From Candidatus Riflebacteria bacterium HGW-Riflebacteria-2 (GTDB taxonomy: Bacteria > Muiribacteriota > Ozemobacteria > Ozemobacterales > Ozemobacteraceae), in NCBI GenBank assembly GCA_002839435.1, contig PGYA01000007.1:14756-78755 (forward strand): a stretch of 64,000 nucleotides of DNA, given 5' to 3'. Position 1 is the first letter of the stretch. Every line of letters starts with the position of its first letter. Below are positions 20,807-30,383 of this stretch, in pieces. A model generated the notes under the pieces. The model was not told the origin of the DNA, did not search any database, and saw nothing but the letters and a program-made list of their open reading frames with translations. The position numbers and the translations under genes were made by a program.

Positions 20807-22162
20807 ATGAATAGACTGGCACTGGTTCTGACAATCCTTCTGGCCCTTTCAGCTCCTGCCTGGAGCCAATCAGGCAGCTACCTCGACGCCGTCTACCAGG
20901 TCTACGACAACGCCAGCGACACCGACCCGCTGGAAACCCTTAAAAACAGCATTCGCGATCAGTTCGAAATCGAGATTGCCGATGACCCAGATGTTCATCG
21001 CTGGTCAGAAGACTGGCTAAATGCCACGAAAACCGTGCTGACCGCGCTTCCAGCCAGTTTTCGCGCGGCGACCCGCATGATCTACCTCGAACCCAGCAAC
21101 CTTGATTTCGAAGTCAAATACAATGGCTACAACGATCAGCATGGCATAGTTCAGATGGGCCATGGTTCGATGTATCCATCATCGGTTTACGTCAGCAAGT
21201 TCAAGGCGACCTATAACCGCCTGCCTACAAGCGCCGAAAAAATAGCACGTTTCAAGTATATCCTGGCGAGAGGCATGGCCTACAGCTTCATTCAGGAAAA
21301 CCCCGACATTTTCAAGGCATACGGTCAGACGATTACCTACGGTGACTACCCGACCAAAGTCTACGGGCCGGGTGCCGAAGCCAACATGGTTGTACTTCCC
21401 GGCAAAACACCATTGATGATCGATCTGGCATTTGCCATCGGTGAATACTGTGCGGCGCCTTCCAGCCTGCAGAAGAAATCAAAAGATCGCTTTGATTTCG
21501 TAAAAGCCCACGTTATGGGCGGCACTGCCATCTCCGGCTGGGATTACAAGCCAATCGATGACTCAGCCTCGAACACCACCGACCCCGGCAACGACGATCC
21601 GGGCAATAATGTCGAAGTTCCTACTGCCAGCGGCGCTCCCGAGATTCCAGATGGCGACTACATGCCGATTGTCACCGAAGTCGATGTCGGCACCGCTGCC
21701 GCCAATCTGCCGACTGAATGGAAAACCGCACCCGATCTGCTCAAGAGCGCAATTGCCGAGCTTTTCGAAGTGTTGCCCAAGTTTTTCTCGACCTGCACTC
21801 AGGCTATTGCCTATATGCCGACAACCGATACCGAAACCGCTTTTTCCGCCGAAGGCTTCGTCTTTATCACCCAGAATTCATGGTTCATGTCATCATTTGT
21901 CGATCTCGACGATGCCGCGCGCGGCAAGCGTTTTAAAGAGATACTGATGCGTGAAATGGCACTGCGCTTTCTCTACTTCCACCCTGAAGTCACGCAGAAG
22001 TGGAAAGACACCTTCGACAAGACCCAGAGCAGTTACGACGCCTATATCGACATGCAGCAGGCAGTTGTCGGCTATTTCGCAGCCCCGGCCTGGCTCAAAC
22101 AGGTGAACCAGGCGCGCTACAACTTCATCAAAACCGAGTTCATGCAGGGCAAAGAATTCTAG
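20807..22162 (+). CDS. secreted paralog of the upstream metallopeptidase-like protein, with an internally duplicated domain and degenerate (His-less) active-site motifs
   Basis: It shares the N-terminus (signal peptide + QSGSYLDxVY) and the C-terminus (RYNFIKxxxMxGKE[YF]) with the 19578 gene. The motif positions read ILARGMAYSF and LMREMALRF instead of HEMTH. Confidence 0.5.
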   Translation: MNRLALVLTILLALSAPAWSQSGSYLDAVYQVYDNASDTDPLETLKNSIRDQFEIEIADDPDVHRWSEDWLNATKTVLTALPASFRAATRMIYLEPSNLDFEVKYNGYNDQHGIVQMGHGSMYPSSVYVSKFKATYNRLPTSAEKIARFKYILARGMAYSFIQENPDIFKAYGQTITYGDYPTKVYGPGAEANMVVLPGKTPLMIDLAFAIGEYCAAPSSLQKKSKDRFDFVKAHVMGGTAISGWDYKPIDDSASNTTDPGNDDPGNNVEVPTASGAPEIPDGDYMPIVTEVDVGTAAANLPTEWKTAPDLLKSAIAELFEVLPKFFSTCTQAIAYMPTTDTETAFSAEGFVFITQNSWFMSSFVDLDDAARGKRFKEILMREMALRFLYFHPEVTQKWKDTFDKTQSSYDAYIDMQQAVVGYFAAPAWLKQVNQARYNFIKTEFMQGKEF

Positions 22163-22192
22163 TCCTTTGTCACATAAGAGTTTGGTGTTATC

Positions 22193-22265
22193 TGTCATTG
22201 CGAGCAAAGCGAAGCAATCTCACAGACAGAAGGATTGCTTCGTCGCTACGCTCCTCGCAATGACA
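22193..22265. repeat. palindromic intergenic element (TGTCATTGCGAG...GAAGCAATC // GATTGCTTC...CTCGCAATGACA), full copy, between convergent genes
   Basis: Nested inverted repeats are readable directly. Related copies occur at 36945, 45765 and 59795. Confidence 0.75.
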
Positions 22266-22302
22266 GTTTTCAAACACACATTCAAATGTGACAGAGGACT
22301 CT

Positions 22303-24846
22303 TCAGGTGCTGGAGCGGCGGGCAATCTGTTTTTTGGTGCCGCGGCTGGCGACGGCGATGGTGGGATCATCGGGCCAGGGGTGTTTCGGGTAGCGGCCTT
22401 TGAGCTCTTTTATCACCTGCGGATACCCGGTCTGCCAGAAAGAGGCAAGATCGGCGGTTATCTGTACCGGTCGCCCGGCCGGTGAGAGCAGGTGCACCAG
22501 CAATCGGCACTGGCCATCACAGATGGCTGGCGTCTGTGCCATGCCAAAGAGTTCCTGAATTTTTACAGCGAGAATCGGCGCCGCCTCAGCCGCCTGATAT
22601 TGCAGGCACAGGGCGCTGCCAGAAGGCACTGTAAAGCGCTCAGGCACCAGTTTTTCGAATTTTTCGCGATTTTTCCAGCTTAAATTCTGCAGGTATAACT
22701 GTTCGAGCGACTGCCGCTGCATATCGGCAAAACCGCGACATGTCGATGCCAGCGCGCGTATCTGCATCGCCAGCCAGTCATCGTCGATCGCCGGAAAATC
22801 AGCGCCAGCCCGACAAGCTTTGAGTGTAGTAACCCGGTTGATAAAGTTGCGGTTGGCGTCAGCATCGAGCGCCAGTGCCTTGCCGGGGTCAGCCAGCGCA
22901 GCGGCAACCAGAATTTCGACGGCTGCGTCAGCCTCGTCAGGCCTCACTGCTGCCTCATTTTCGCGCAGCATCAGTTTGCCGTAGAAAACACGCTCGCGCG
23001 CCATAACACGCGCGTGGGACCTGCTGAAAAACAGCTCGCGCCGACGCTGATAGAGACGCTGTTCGGCCAGCAAAGATTCTTCGAGCGCACAGGCAAGAAA
23101 TATCCGGCCGTCACCGATTCTCTGAGTCTGATCCAGGCGTAACGCGAGAATCAGCGGTTCCCCTGGCAACAGCCCGTTTTCACTGATAACAAAACCCTGG
23201 CCACCACAGATAGTATAACTGCCCGAACGCCCGTCACTGCGCCTTTGACAGACACGATCAGGAAATGCCGCGAGCAAAGCCCGGTGCAGTTTGTCGCCAG
23301 AAATTGTGGGCACTTGTGCCGGCTTTCTGCGCATGAGTTCGAGCAGCTGCTTCTGTATGTTATAAATTCTTCTGACCGCGTTGCGGTCAATTTCGATGTC
23401 TGGCGGCAAACTGCCGAGATCGCCGGCGGCAAGAAGCTGGAGACGCCATTCGAGGTCGGCATCGACCCGGTTTCTGCCGGTTCTTAAAAAGTCTTTCTCA
23501 GAAATCACGGCGGCGGCTAAAGCCGCGGTTTCGCCAATGCCAAGCTGCGCGGCAACAATCAGCATGCGCGCCAGCCTGGGCTCAAGCGGCAGTTCTGACA
23601 TCTTGCGACCGGCAGTTGTGATCTTGCCGCTTTCATCTACTGCGCCAAGCATTTGCAGCAGTTCCAGCGAACGCGCAATTTTTTCGGGGCCCGGCGATTG
23701 CAGCCAGTTGAAGTGTAATGGATCGCGACAGCCCCAGGCAAAAAGCTCGAGAACAGCAGAAGTCGGATCGATTCTGAGTATCTCGGGCGGATCGTTTTCG
23801 GCCATCTGATGATGTTCTGGCTGGCTCCAGAGGCGGTAAGCGCGGCCCGGCTTCAGACGACCGGCGCGGCCGGCGCGCTGCGCCGCCGAAGACCGGCTGA
23901 TACGATGCAGACTGAGCTGTTCAAGGCCGCTTTGTGAATCTATTTCGAGCCAGCGTGCTTCGCCGGAGTCGATTACTACGGTGATTCCATCGATGGTCAG
24001 AGAAGTTTCGGCGATATTGGTGCTCAAAATAATGCGCGGCCGCGCGGCTGGTCGCAAAACCTTTTCCTGTTCGCTTACTGGCAACGAACCGTGCAGATGC
24101 ATGATTTGATGCCCGGAAAGACTGGCGGCCAGATGTTCAGATACCCGCATTATTTCGCCCATTCCAGGCAAAAAGACAAGAAATTCCTCGGCGCGGCCAG
24201 ACTCAGCAACTATCTGCGCAATCGCACCGGCCAATTCACCGATGCGGTCACGGCCAGACGAAAAAGGCCGGTATTGAATATCTACCGGGTAAAGAAAGCC
24301 TTTACCTTCTATCAGTTGCGGCCGGTCAAGAAAGCTTTGCGCCAGTTCAAGGTCTGCGGTCGCTGACATCAGCATCAGCCTGAGATCAGGCCGCACCTCA
24401 CGTTTTATTTCGCGGCACAGGGCAAGGCAAAGATCGGTGTGCACCGAGCGTTCGTGAAATTCATCGAAAATTACCAGTCCAACGTCTTCGAGCAGAGGAT
24501 CCTTCTGCAGGCGCCGGGTAAGAATACCCTCGGTAAGCACTTCTATACGTGTTGCCGACGTGATATTGCTGTCGAAGCGGACTCTATGGCCGATCACGGC
24601 ACCTGGCGGCGAAGCGTCGAGACTGGCCATGCGGCGCGCCAGCGCCACGGCAGCGATTCGGCGTGGTTGCAATATCACGATGCGTTTTCCGGCCAGCCAG
24701 GCTTCGTCTTTCAGCGCCAGCGGCACGATGGTAGACTTGCCGGCCCCGGGCGCCGCCGACAGAATCACATCGCGATTATCAGCAAGAGCAGCCTTGATCT
24801 GAGGCAGACTCTCTTCTACCGGAAACCCGCGCGATCTTTGATTCAT
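22303..24846 (-). CDS. hrpB: ATP-dependent DEAH-box helicase HrpB
   Basis: Motifs GAGKST, DEFHER and SATAD are present. The protein is 847 aa with the characteristic HrpB C-terminal domain. Confidence 0.9.
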   Translation of the reverse strand: MNQRSRGFPVEESLPQIKAALADNRDVILSAAPGAGKSTIVPLALKDEAWLAGKRIVILQPRRIAAVALARRMASLDASPPGAVIGHRVRFDSNITSATRIEVLTEGILTRRLQKDPLLEDVGLVIFDEFHERSVHTDLCLALCREIKREVRPDLRLMLMSATADLELAQSFLDRPQLIEGKGFLYPVDIQYRPFSSGRDRIGELAGAIAQIVAESGRAEEFLVFLPGMGEIMRVSEHLAASLSGHQIMHLHGSLPVSEQEKVLRPAARPRIILSTNIAETSLTIDGITVVIDSGEARWLEIDSQSGLEQLSLHRISRSSAAQRAGRAGRLKPGRAYRLWSQPEHHQMAENDPPEILRIDPTSAVLELFAWGCRDPLHFNWLQSPGPEKIARSLELLQMLGAVDESGKITTAGRKMSELPLEPRLARMLIVAAQLGIGETAALAAAVISEKDFLRTGRNRVDADLEWRLQLLAAGDLGSLPPDIEIDRNAVRRIYNIQKQLLELMRRKPAQVPTISGDKLHRALLAAFPDRVCQRRSDGRSGSYTICGGQGFVISENGLLPGEPLILALRLDQTQRIGDGRIFLACALEESLLAEQRLYQRRRELFFSRSHARVMARERVFYGKLMLRENEAAVRPDEADAAVEILVAAALADPGKALALDADANRNFINRVTTLKACRAGADFPAIDDDWLAMQIRALASTCRGFADMQRQSLEQLYLQNLSWKNREKFEKLVPERFTVPSGSALCLQYQAAEAAPILAVKIQELFGMAQTPAICDGQCRLLVHLLSPAGRPVQITADLASFWQTGYPQVIKELKGRYPKHPWPDDPTIAVASRGTKKQIARRSST

Positions 24847-25246
24847 TACTTATCAAAACCTGCTATAGAAATAATTAAACCTGTATATATTCTGCCTACC
24901 CGGGCTCTCGGCGGGATTAGGCCGATCTTACGACTTTAGTCGTTAGAGCGGCGGATCCCTTTAGGGGCCCAACGCTTCAACTCTCACCAGACGAAAACTG
25001 ATTTTAAAAAGCTATGGCTTTGCGTCAAAGGTGCCTGGCTCGGCCTAGCTGCTCTATCCTGCGCAGCTCGGCATAAGCACCTCCCTGTGCAAAAAGTTTA
25101 CGCTTATGGGATACCCACCTGCGCCCTCAATATACTTATTTTTGTATAGAAATGCTTACCAGCAGAGCATGTTGAAGGGATGAACAATATTAACTGCTAC
25201 TATAAAATCGGTTAAATCGGCGGAATCTGCGGATTATTTTCCGCGT

Positions 25247-25765
25247 TTACTTTTGCTGGCGCTTCAAAGTGCCGTCAGTGAACTCGAACACTGCGGTGTC
25301 TTCAACCTGAGGTTCGACGTCGGTGTCGGTATAGGCGATATAAACCCGCTTACGACCGCTGCCGTCGCGATCTTCGATCGAGGCTTCGCCGGCGGCATAA
25401 CCGGTTTCAAGCCAGACTGGCAGATAAACGCCTTCTTTGAAATGCAGCAGCTCAAACTCGCGATAACCGCCGGAACCACCGAGATCCATCTGAATAAGCA
25501 GCTCACCGATACCGTCACCATCGAGGTCTTCGTGAATGACCTGCTGAATGGCGCGCCCTTCCGATTCGAAAACCTCTATGGCTTCGTCGCCCTGCTCAAG
25601 CACAATACTGTCGTTAAAAGCCAGGCCGTCGGGTATGGCAGAGCGCTCTAACACAAGCTTGCCATGCGGCAGTTCAGCGATAATCGAACGCTCTGACGGC
25701 TGGGCGAAGCCTGGAGTTATTCCTGACAACAAAGCGATCAAGACCGAAAAGATGATTTTATTCAT
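25247..25765 (-). CDS. secreted protein of unknown function (DxDGDG motif)
   Basis: RBS AGGGAAA before ATG 25765. Signal peptide MNKIIFSVLIALLSGITPGFAQ. Contains DLDGDGIGE. Confidence 0.45.
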   Translation of the reverse strand: MNKIIFSVLIALLSGITPGFAQPSERSIIAELPHGKLVLERSAIPDGLAFNDSIVLEQGDEAIEVFESEGRAIQQVIHEDLDGDGIGELLIQMDLGGSGGYREFELLHFKEGVYLPVWLETGYAAGEASIEDRDGSGRKRVYIAYTDTDVEPQVEDTAVFEFTDGTLKRQQK

Positions 25766-26067
25766 ATTGTTTCCCTGTATGCCAATTCTATAGTTAATCG
25801 TAAAACTCGTCAGCTGATTCGTCAACGTCTGATAATACAAAAGTAATTATACTTCAAATGCAAGCACATCTTCACGGCGCCGGCGCAAAAGTTTTTAAAC
25901 GTTGTCAACTTTAGCTGTCCATAGTTTAACTGTTAATAATTGTAAAGACGGTTCATCGGCTTGTGCCGTCGTGATATCATTTATGCGTAAAAAAATCAGA
26001 GGCTGTTTTTACAAACGGCTTTTTGCCGCCAGAACACCGTAAACAGGCACATCAACAGGAGAAGATA

Positions 26068-27300
26068 ATGAAAAAATTCGCACTGACATTCATTCTTGGT
26101 CTTGCGATAGCCGGCGTTATAATTCACACAATACAGGGCGGATCAGGCACAAAAACGGGTGGCCCCGGACGACGCGGGCCAGGCGTTGCCAGGGTTGCGG
26201 TTGAAATCACTCCGATAAAAGTTGCCAGCCTGGTCGATGAGGGCCGTTTCGTCGGTTCTCTTGAATCGAAGTCAAAATTCATGGTGGCGCCCAAGATTTC
26301 GGGCCGTCTTAAAAAGCTGCTGGTCGATATAGGCGACAGCATCGATAATGGTGAAACCGTAGCATTTCTCGATGACGAAGAGCTGCTTCTCTCGGTTAAA
26401 CAAGCTGAAGCCGATATGGAAATAGCCCGCGCCAATTTCACCGAAAGCACCGAATTGCTCGAGATTTCGCAGCGCGAGCTCGACCGTGTCAAAACCATGC
26501 GCCAGCAGAAGGTTTCGTCAGAAGTTGATGTCGAAAACGCTCAGGCAGCGCATAAGACCCGCCAGGCCAGACACCAGGTCAACCGGGCGCTGCTCAGCCA
26601 GAAGGAAGCCGCTCTTGAAACCGCAAAAGTCAGGTTATCTTATGCCAGGGTAACCGCTTCCTGGAGCGACAGTAATGGCAGTCGCTTCATAGCCGAGCGC
26701 TTTCTCAACGAGGGCGCGATGATCTCGGCCAACACACCGATTGTTTCGGTCATCGACATAGCGACGATAACCGCAGTAATAGATGCGGTAGAGCAGGACT
26801 ATTTCAAATTAGAAACAGGACAAATGGCTGAGATCGAGCCATCGGCGACACCCGGCCGCACTTATCAGGCAAGAATTTCGCGCATAGCACCAATGCTCGA
26901 TGAGGCTTCCCGCCAGGCCCGTATTGAGCTTGAACTCAGCAACAGCGATTATCAGCTCAAACCCGGGATGTTCATCCGAGCCCGCATTATTTTCGCAAAG
27001 CATAACGACGCAACGGTGGTTCCGGCTTCGGCCATGGCCAGGCGCAACGAGCGTGAGGGCGTTTTTCTGATCGACCACGAAAGTGAGAAGGCCAACTTCA
27101 TACCAATCGAAAGAGGCTTTACCGAGGGTGAATTTGTCGAAATAGCATCTCCCAGCCTTTCCGGCGATGTTGTCACACTTGGACATCACCTGCTGGAAGA
27201 CGGTATGGCGATTATTCTTGCCGACAAGAATCGGCCAGCAGAGAAGAGCGAAAAGAAAGGCAAGGGCCCGGGCGCGACGAAAGGCGGTCGGCAGCCATGA
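26068..27300 (+). CDS. RND efflux membrane fusion protein (periplasmic adaptor, HlyD/AcrA family)
   Basis: RBS AGGAGA. N-terminal anchor, coiled-coil hairpin region, beta-barrel and MP domain motifs (VTASWSDSNGSRFIAERFLNEGAMI...). It overlaps the downstream permease gene. Confidence 0.8.
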   Translation: MKKFALTFILGLAIAGVIIHTIQGGSGTKTGGPGRRGPGVARVAVEITPIKVASLVDEGRFVGSLESKSKFMVAPKISGRLKKLLVDIGDSIDNGETVAFLDDEELLLSVKQAEADMEIARANFTESTELLEISQRELDRVKTMRQQKVSSEVDVENAQAAHKTRQARHQVNRALLSQKEAALETAKVRLSYARVTASWSDSNGSRFIAERFLNEGAMISANTPIVSVIDIATITAVIDAVEQDYFKLETGQMAEIEPSATPGRTYQARISRIAPMLDEASRQARIELELSNSDYQLKPGMFIRARIIFAKHNDATVVPASAMARRNEREGVFLIDHESEKANFIPIERGFTEGEFVEIASPSLSGDVVTLGHHLLEDGMAIILADKNRPAEKSEKKGKGPGATKGGRQP

Positions 27301-30300
27301 TTCTCGCTAACATCTCGGTTAAGCGCCCGATTGGCGTAACGATGATCATGTGCATCGTTATCATCTTCGGCGCTATTTCTCTGTATAAGTTACCGGTAGA
27401 TCTGATGCCCGACATCACCTATCCGACGATCACAGTTATGGCCAGCTATTCAGACGCCAGCCCGACCGAAGTCGAAACCCTTATTACCAGACCATTAGAG
27501 CAGGCGGTGGCCGCTATCCCCGGTGTCGAAGAAATCAACTCGACCTCGACCGAAGGCCGCAGTCGCGTGCGCATTTCGTTTGCCTGGGGCACCGATCTCG
27601 ATGCCGCCTCGAATGACCTGCGCGACCGTATCGACCGCATTCTTTCGCGATTTCCCGATGATGTCGACAGACCAACCATCCGCAAGTTCGACGCGGCCGC
27701 TTTTCCGGTGCTGATTATCGGTGCCGCCAGCGATCTCGATCCCGTGCAGATGCTCGATCTCATCGACGATCAGGTAAAGTATCGCATCGAGCGTATTCCC
27801 GGCGTGGCGGCAATTGACGTCATGGGCGGCAATCAGCGCGAGATACAGGTTAACATCGACATAAACAAGGTTAAGGCGCTAAAAATTGCTCCTGACCAGG
27901 TCATCAGCCGACTGCGGGCAGAAAACATCAACCTGCCGGCCGGGATGATCGAGTCAGGAAACTACGAACTGAGACTGCGCACACCCGGCGAATTCAAAGA
28001 CGTCAAGGAAATAGAACGACTTGTCATCGGCGAGACAGCCGGCAAACTGATCAGGCTGCGTGATGTCGCCGAAATACTCGACCTCTGGGAAAAACGCCGC
28101 AGCATAGTGCGTATTAACGGCAAACCCGGCGTGCGCATCATGGTCAACAAGCAATCGGGCAGCAATACCGTCGCAGTCGCCAAGGCCGTCAAGAGCGAAC
28201 TTGAAAAAATCAATGAAGAAATACCGCAGCTGCGACTGGCGCCGATTGTCGATAGTTCAAAATACATCGAGCGCTCGATCAATAACGTCAGCTCTTCGGC
28301 GCTTTATGGAGGGCTTCTGGCGATTCTTATCCTGCAGTTTTTTCTTGGCAATCTTGCCAGTACCGGCATTATCGCGACAGCAATACCGGTTTCGATCGTA
28401 GCGACCTTTGCACTGATGTATTACTTCGGCTTTACCCTCAATATCATGTCACTCGGCGGTGTCGCTCTCGGCATCGGCATGCTCGTCGATAACTCGATCG
28501 TCGTGCTCGAAAATATTTTCCGCTACCGCGAAAAGGGTATGGGCATGATGGAAGCAGCCATAAAGGGCAGTTCTGAAGTTGCCATGCCGGTTCTCGCCAG
28601 CACCCTGACCACAGTTGTCATCTTTCTGCCGCTGCTTTTCGTCGAAGGCATGACCGGTGTCATGTTCAAACAGCTGGCCTACATAGTGGCATTCTCGCTG
28701 CTGTGCTCGATGGTAATTTCATTAACCGTCGTGCCCATGCTGACGTCGCGCTATCTGCGCCTCGGCAACGGAAAACGCAGCATATTCCGACAATTATCCG
28801 AAGCCGCGATAAGAGTTATTCTGTCCGCGCACGGCGGCGCCCTCAACCTCATACTGTTGCACCGCAAAAAGGCTGTATTCGTTCTCGGCATACTGGCAGC
28901 GTCAGCTCTCGGCCTCGCCCGCAACATTGGCACCGAGCTGATGCCGACCGCCGACGAAGGCGAAGTTCGCGTTAACATCGAACTCGAGGAAGGCACTCGT
29001 TTGAGCCTGACCGAACGGATTTTCAGCGGCGTCGAAGCGATCGTCATTGCTGCCGTGCCGGAAGCCGAAACGGTATTCACCAACGTTGGCGGCGGCATGG
29101 GCGGCGGCGGCGGTTCTTTGAACAGCGGGTCGATACGAGTTCCTCTCAAAAGCAGCAAAGATCGCAAACGCAGCAGTGCCGAAGTTTCGGCCGAACTGCG
29201 CCGCCAACTTAGCGGTACTCCCGGCGCAGTAGTCAGAATCAGAGAAGGTCAGGGCTTGTTCATGATGCGCATGGGTTCTGGCTCAGGCGATGAACTTGAA
29301 GTACAGATACGCGGTTTCGACCTGAAGACCGCCGATCTTCTTGGCGAGTCGGTCAAGAAAGTGCTCGAAGGCATAGAAGGCGTAACCGACGTTCAGCTTT
29401 CACGCGAGAAGGGCGTGCCTGAGCGTCTCGTCGTCATCGATCGTGCCAAGGCCGCCGACCAGAAACTGACAGTATCGAAAATATCGTCATTTCTAGAAAC
29501 CATGATGTCAGGCAGCAGCGCCGGCAACCTGCGTGAAGGCGGCGATGAATACCGCATTCAGGTCAAGGCGAAAAATGCCGAATACCTCAAACTCGATGAA
29601 ATTCTCAACCTGACAATTACCAACTCAGCCGGGCGCCAGGTCATGCTGCGCAATGTCGCGCACATCGAGAGTCAGCAGGGCCCGACCCAGATTGAACGCC
29701 GTGACCAGGAGCGCGTGCTCAATGTCGAAGCCAATATCGAAGGGCGTGCCATCGGATTCGTCATCGCCGAAGCCCAGGAGAAGCTGCGAGGAATCCCGCT
29801 GCCGGCGAACTTCAGCATTGTCATGTCGGGCGATTACGAAGAGCAGCAGAAGTCGTTCCGCGAACTGCTGTTCAGCTTTTTCCTGGCACTAGTGCTGGTT
29901 TACATGGTCATGGCGGTGCAGTATGAATCGCTGTATGACCCGATCATCGTCATGTTTACCGTGCCGTTCTCATTGCTGGGCGTCATCCCGCTGCTGTACT
30001 TCACCGGCACCACTTTCAACGTGCAGTCATTCATTGGCTGCATCATGCTCGGCGGCATAGTGGTCAACAACTCGATCCTGCTGGTCGATCACATCAACGA
30101 CCTGCGCAGCAAAAGCGACCTCGACCTGATGAGCGTGATCAAGGAAGCCACCCGCGACCGCTGCCGGCCAATCATGATGACGGCACTCACTACCATGCTC
30201 GGCCTGCTGCCGCTGGCGATAGGAATCGGCGAAGGTGGCGAAGTCCAGGCACCGATGGCACGCGCTGTAATTGGCGGACTGCTCTGCTCGACCTTCATTT

Positions 30301-30383
30301 CACTGCTGTTCATCCCGATCGTTTATTACGAATTTGAAATGGCGTTCCGCAGCAAACCCGCCGAAAAAGAGGTTGATTCATGA
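27297..30383 (+). CDS. RND family efflux permease (AcrB/HAE1-like)
   Basis: 1028 aa with 12-TM RND topology and two large periplasmic loops. N-terminus MILANISVKRPIGVTMIM. Confidence 0.9.
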   Translation: MILANISVKRPIGVTMIMCIVIIFGAISLYKLPVDLMPDITYPTITVMASYSDASPTEVETLITRPLEQAVAAIPGVEEINSTSTEGRSRVRISFAWGTDLDAASNDLRDRIDRILSRFPDDVDRPTIRKFDAAAFPVLIIGAASDLDPVQMLDLIDDQVKYRIERIPGVAAIDVMGGNQREIQVNIDINKVKALKIAPDQVISRLRAENINLPAGMIESGNYELRLRTPGEFKDVKEIERLVIGETAGKLIRLRDVAEILDLWEKRRSIVRINGKPGVRIMVNKQSGSNTVAVAKAVKSELEKINEEIPQLRLAPIVDSSKYIERSINNVSSSALYGGLLAILILQFFLGNLASTGIIATAIPVSIVATFALMYYFGFTLNIMSLGGVALGIGMLVDNSIVVLENIFRYREKGMGMMEAAIKGSSEVAMPVLASTLTTVVIFLPLLFVEGMTGVMFKQLAYIVAFSLLCSMVISLTVVPMLTSRYLRLGNGKRSIFRQLSEAAIRVILSAHGGALNLILLHRKKAVFVLGILAASALGLARNIGTELMPTADEGEVRVNIELEEGTRLSLTERIFSGVEAIVIAAVPEAETVFTNVGGGMGGGGGSLNSGSIRVPLKSSKDRKRSSAEVSAELRRQLSGTPGAVVRIREGQGLFMMRMGSGSGDELEVQIRGFDLKTADLLGESVKKVLEGIEGVTDVQLSREKGVPERLVVIDRAKAADQKLTVSKISSFLETMMSGSSAGNLREGGDEYRIQVKAKNAEYLKLDEILNLTITNSAGRQVMLRNVAHIESQQGPTQIERRDQERVLNVEANIEGRAIGFVIAEAQEKLRGIPLPANFSIVMSGDYEEQQKSFRELLFSFFLALVLVYMVMAVQYESLYDPIIVMFTVPFSLLGVIPLLYFTGTTFNVQSFIGCIMLGGIVVNNSILLVDHINDLRSKSDLDLMSVIKEATRDRCRPIMMTALTTMLGLLPLAIGIGEGGEVQAPMARAVIGGLLCSTFISLLFIPIVYYEFEMAFRSKPAEKEVDS

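Noticed and set aside
22188-22370. 60-aa ORF (…CHCEERSDEAILLSVRLLRFARNDR) and the similar ORF at 45708-45896
   Set aside because: These are translations of the palindromic repeat element. The same peptide is produced wherever the repeat occurs, so it is not a real gene.
24960-25020. SRP (4.5S) RNA-like motif AGGAUAGAGCAGCUAGGC on the minus strand
   Set aside because: It resembles the helix-8 AGCAGC core only superficially. The flanks form a plain hairpin rather than the GNRA-capped asymmetric helix. It is left as unclassified structure.
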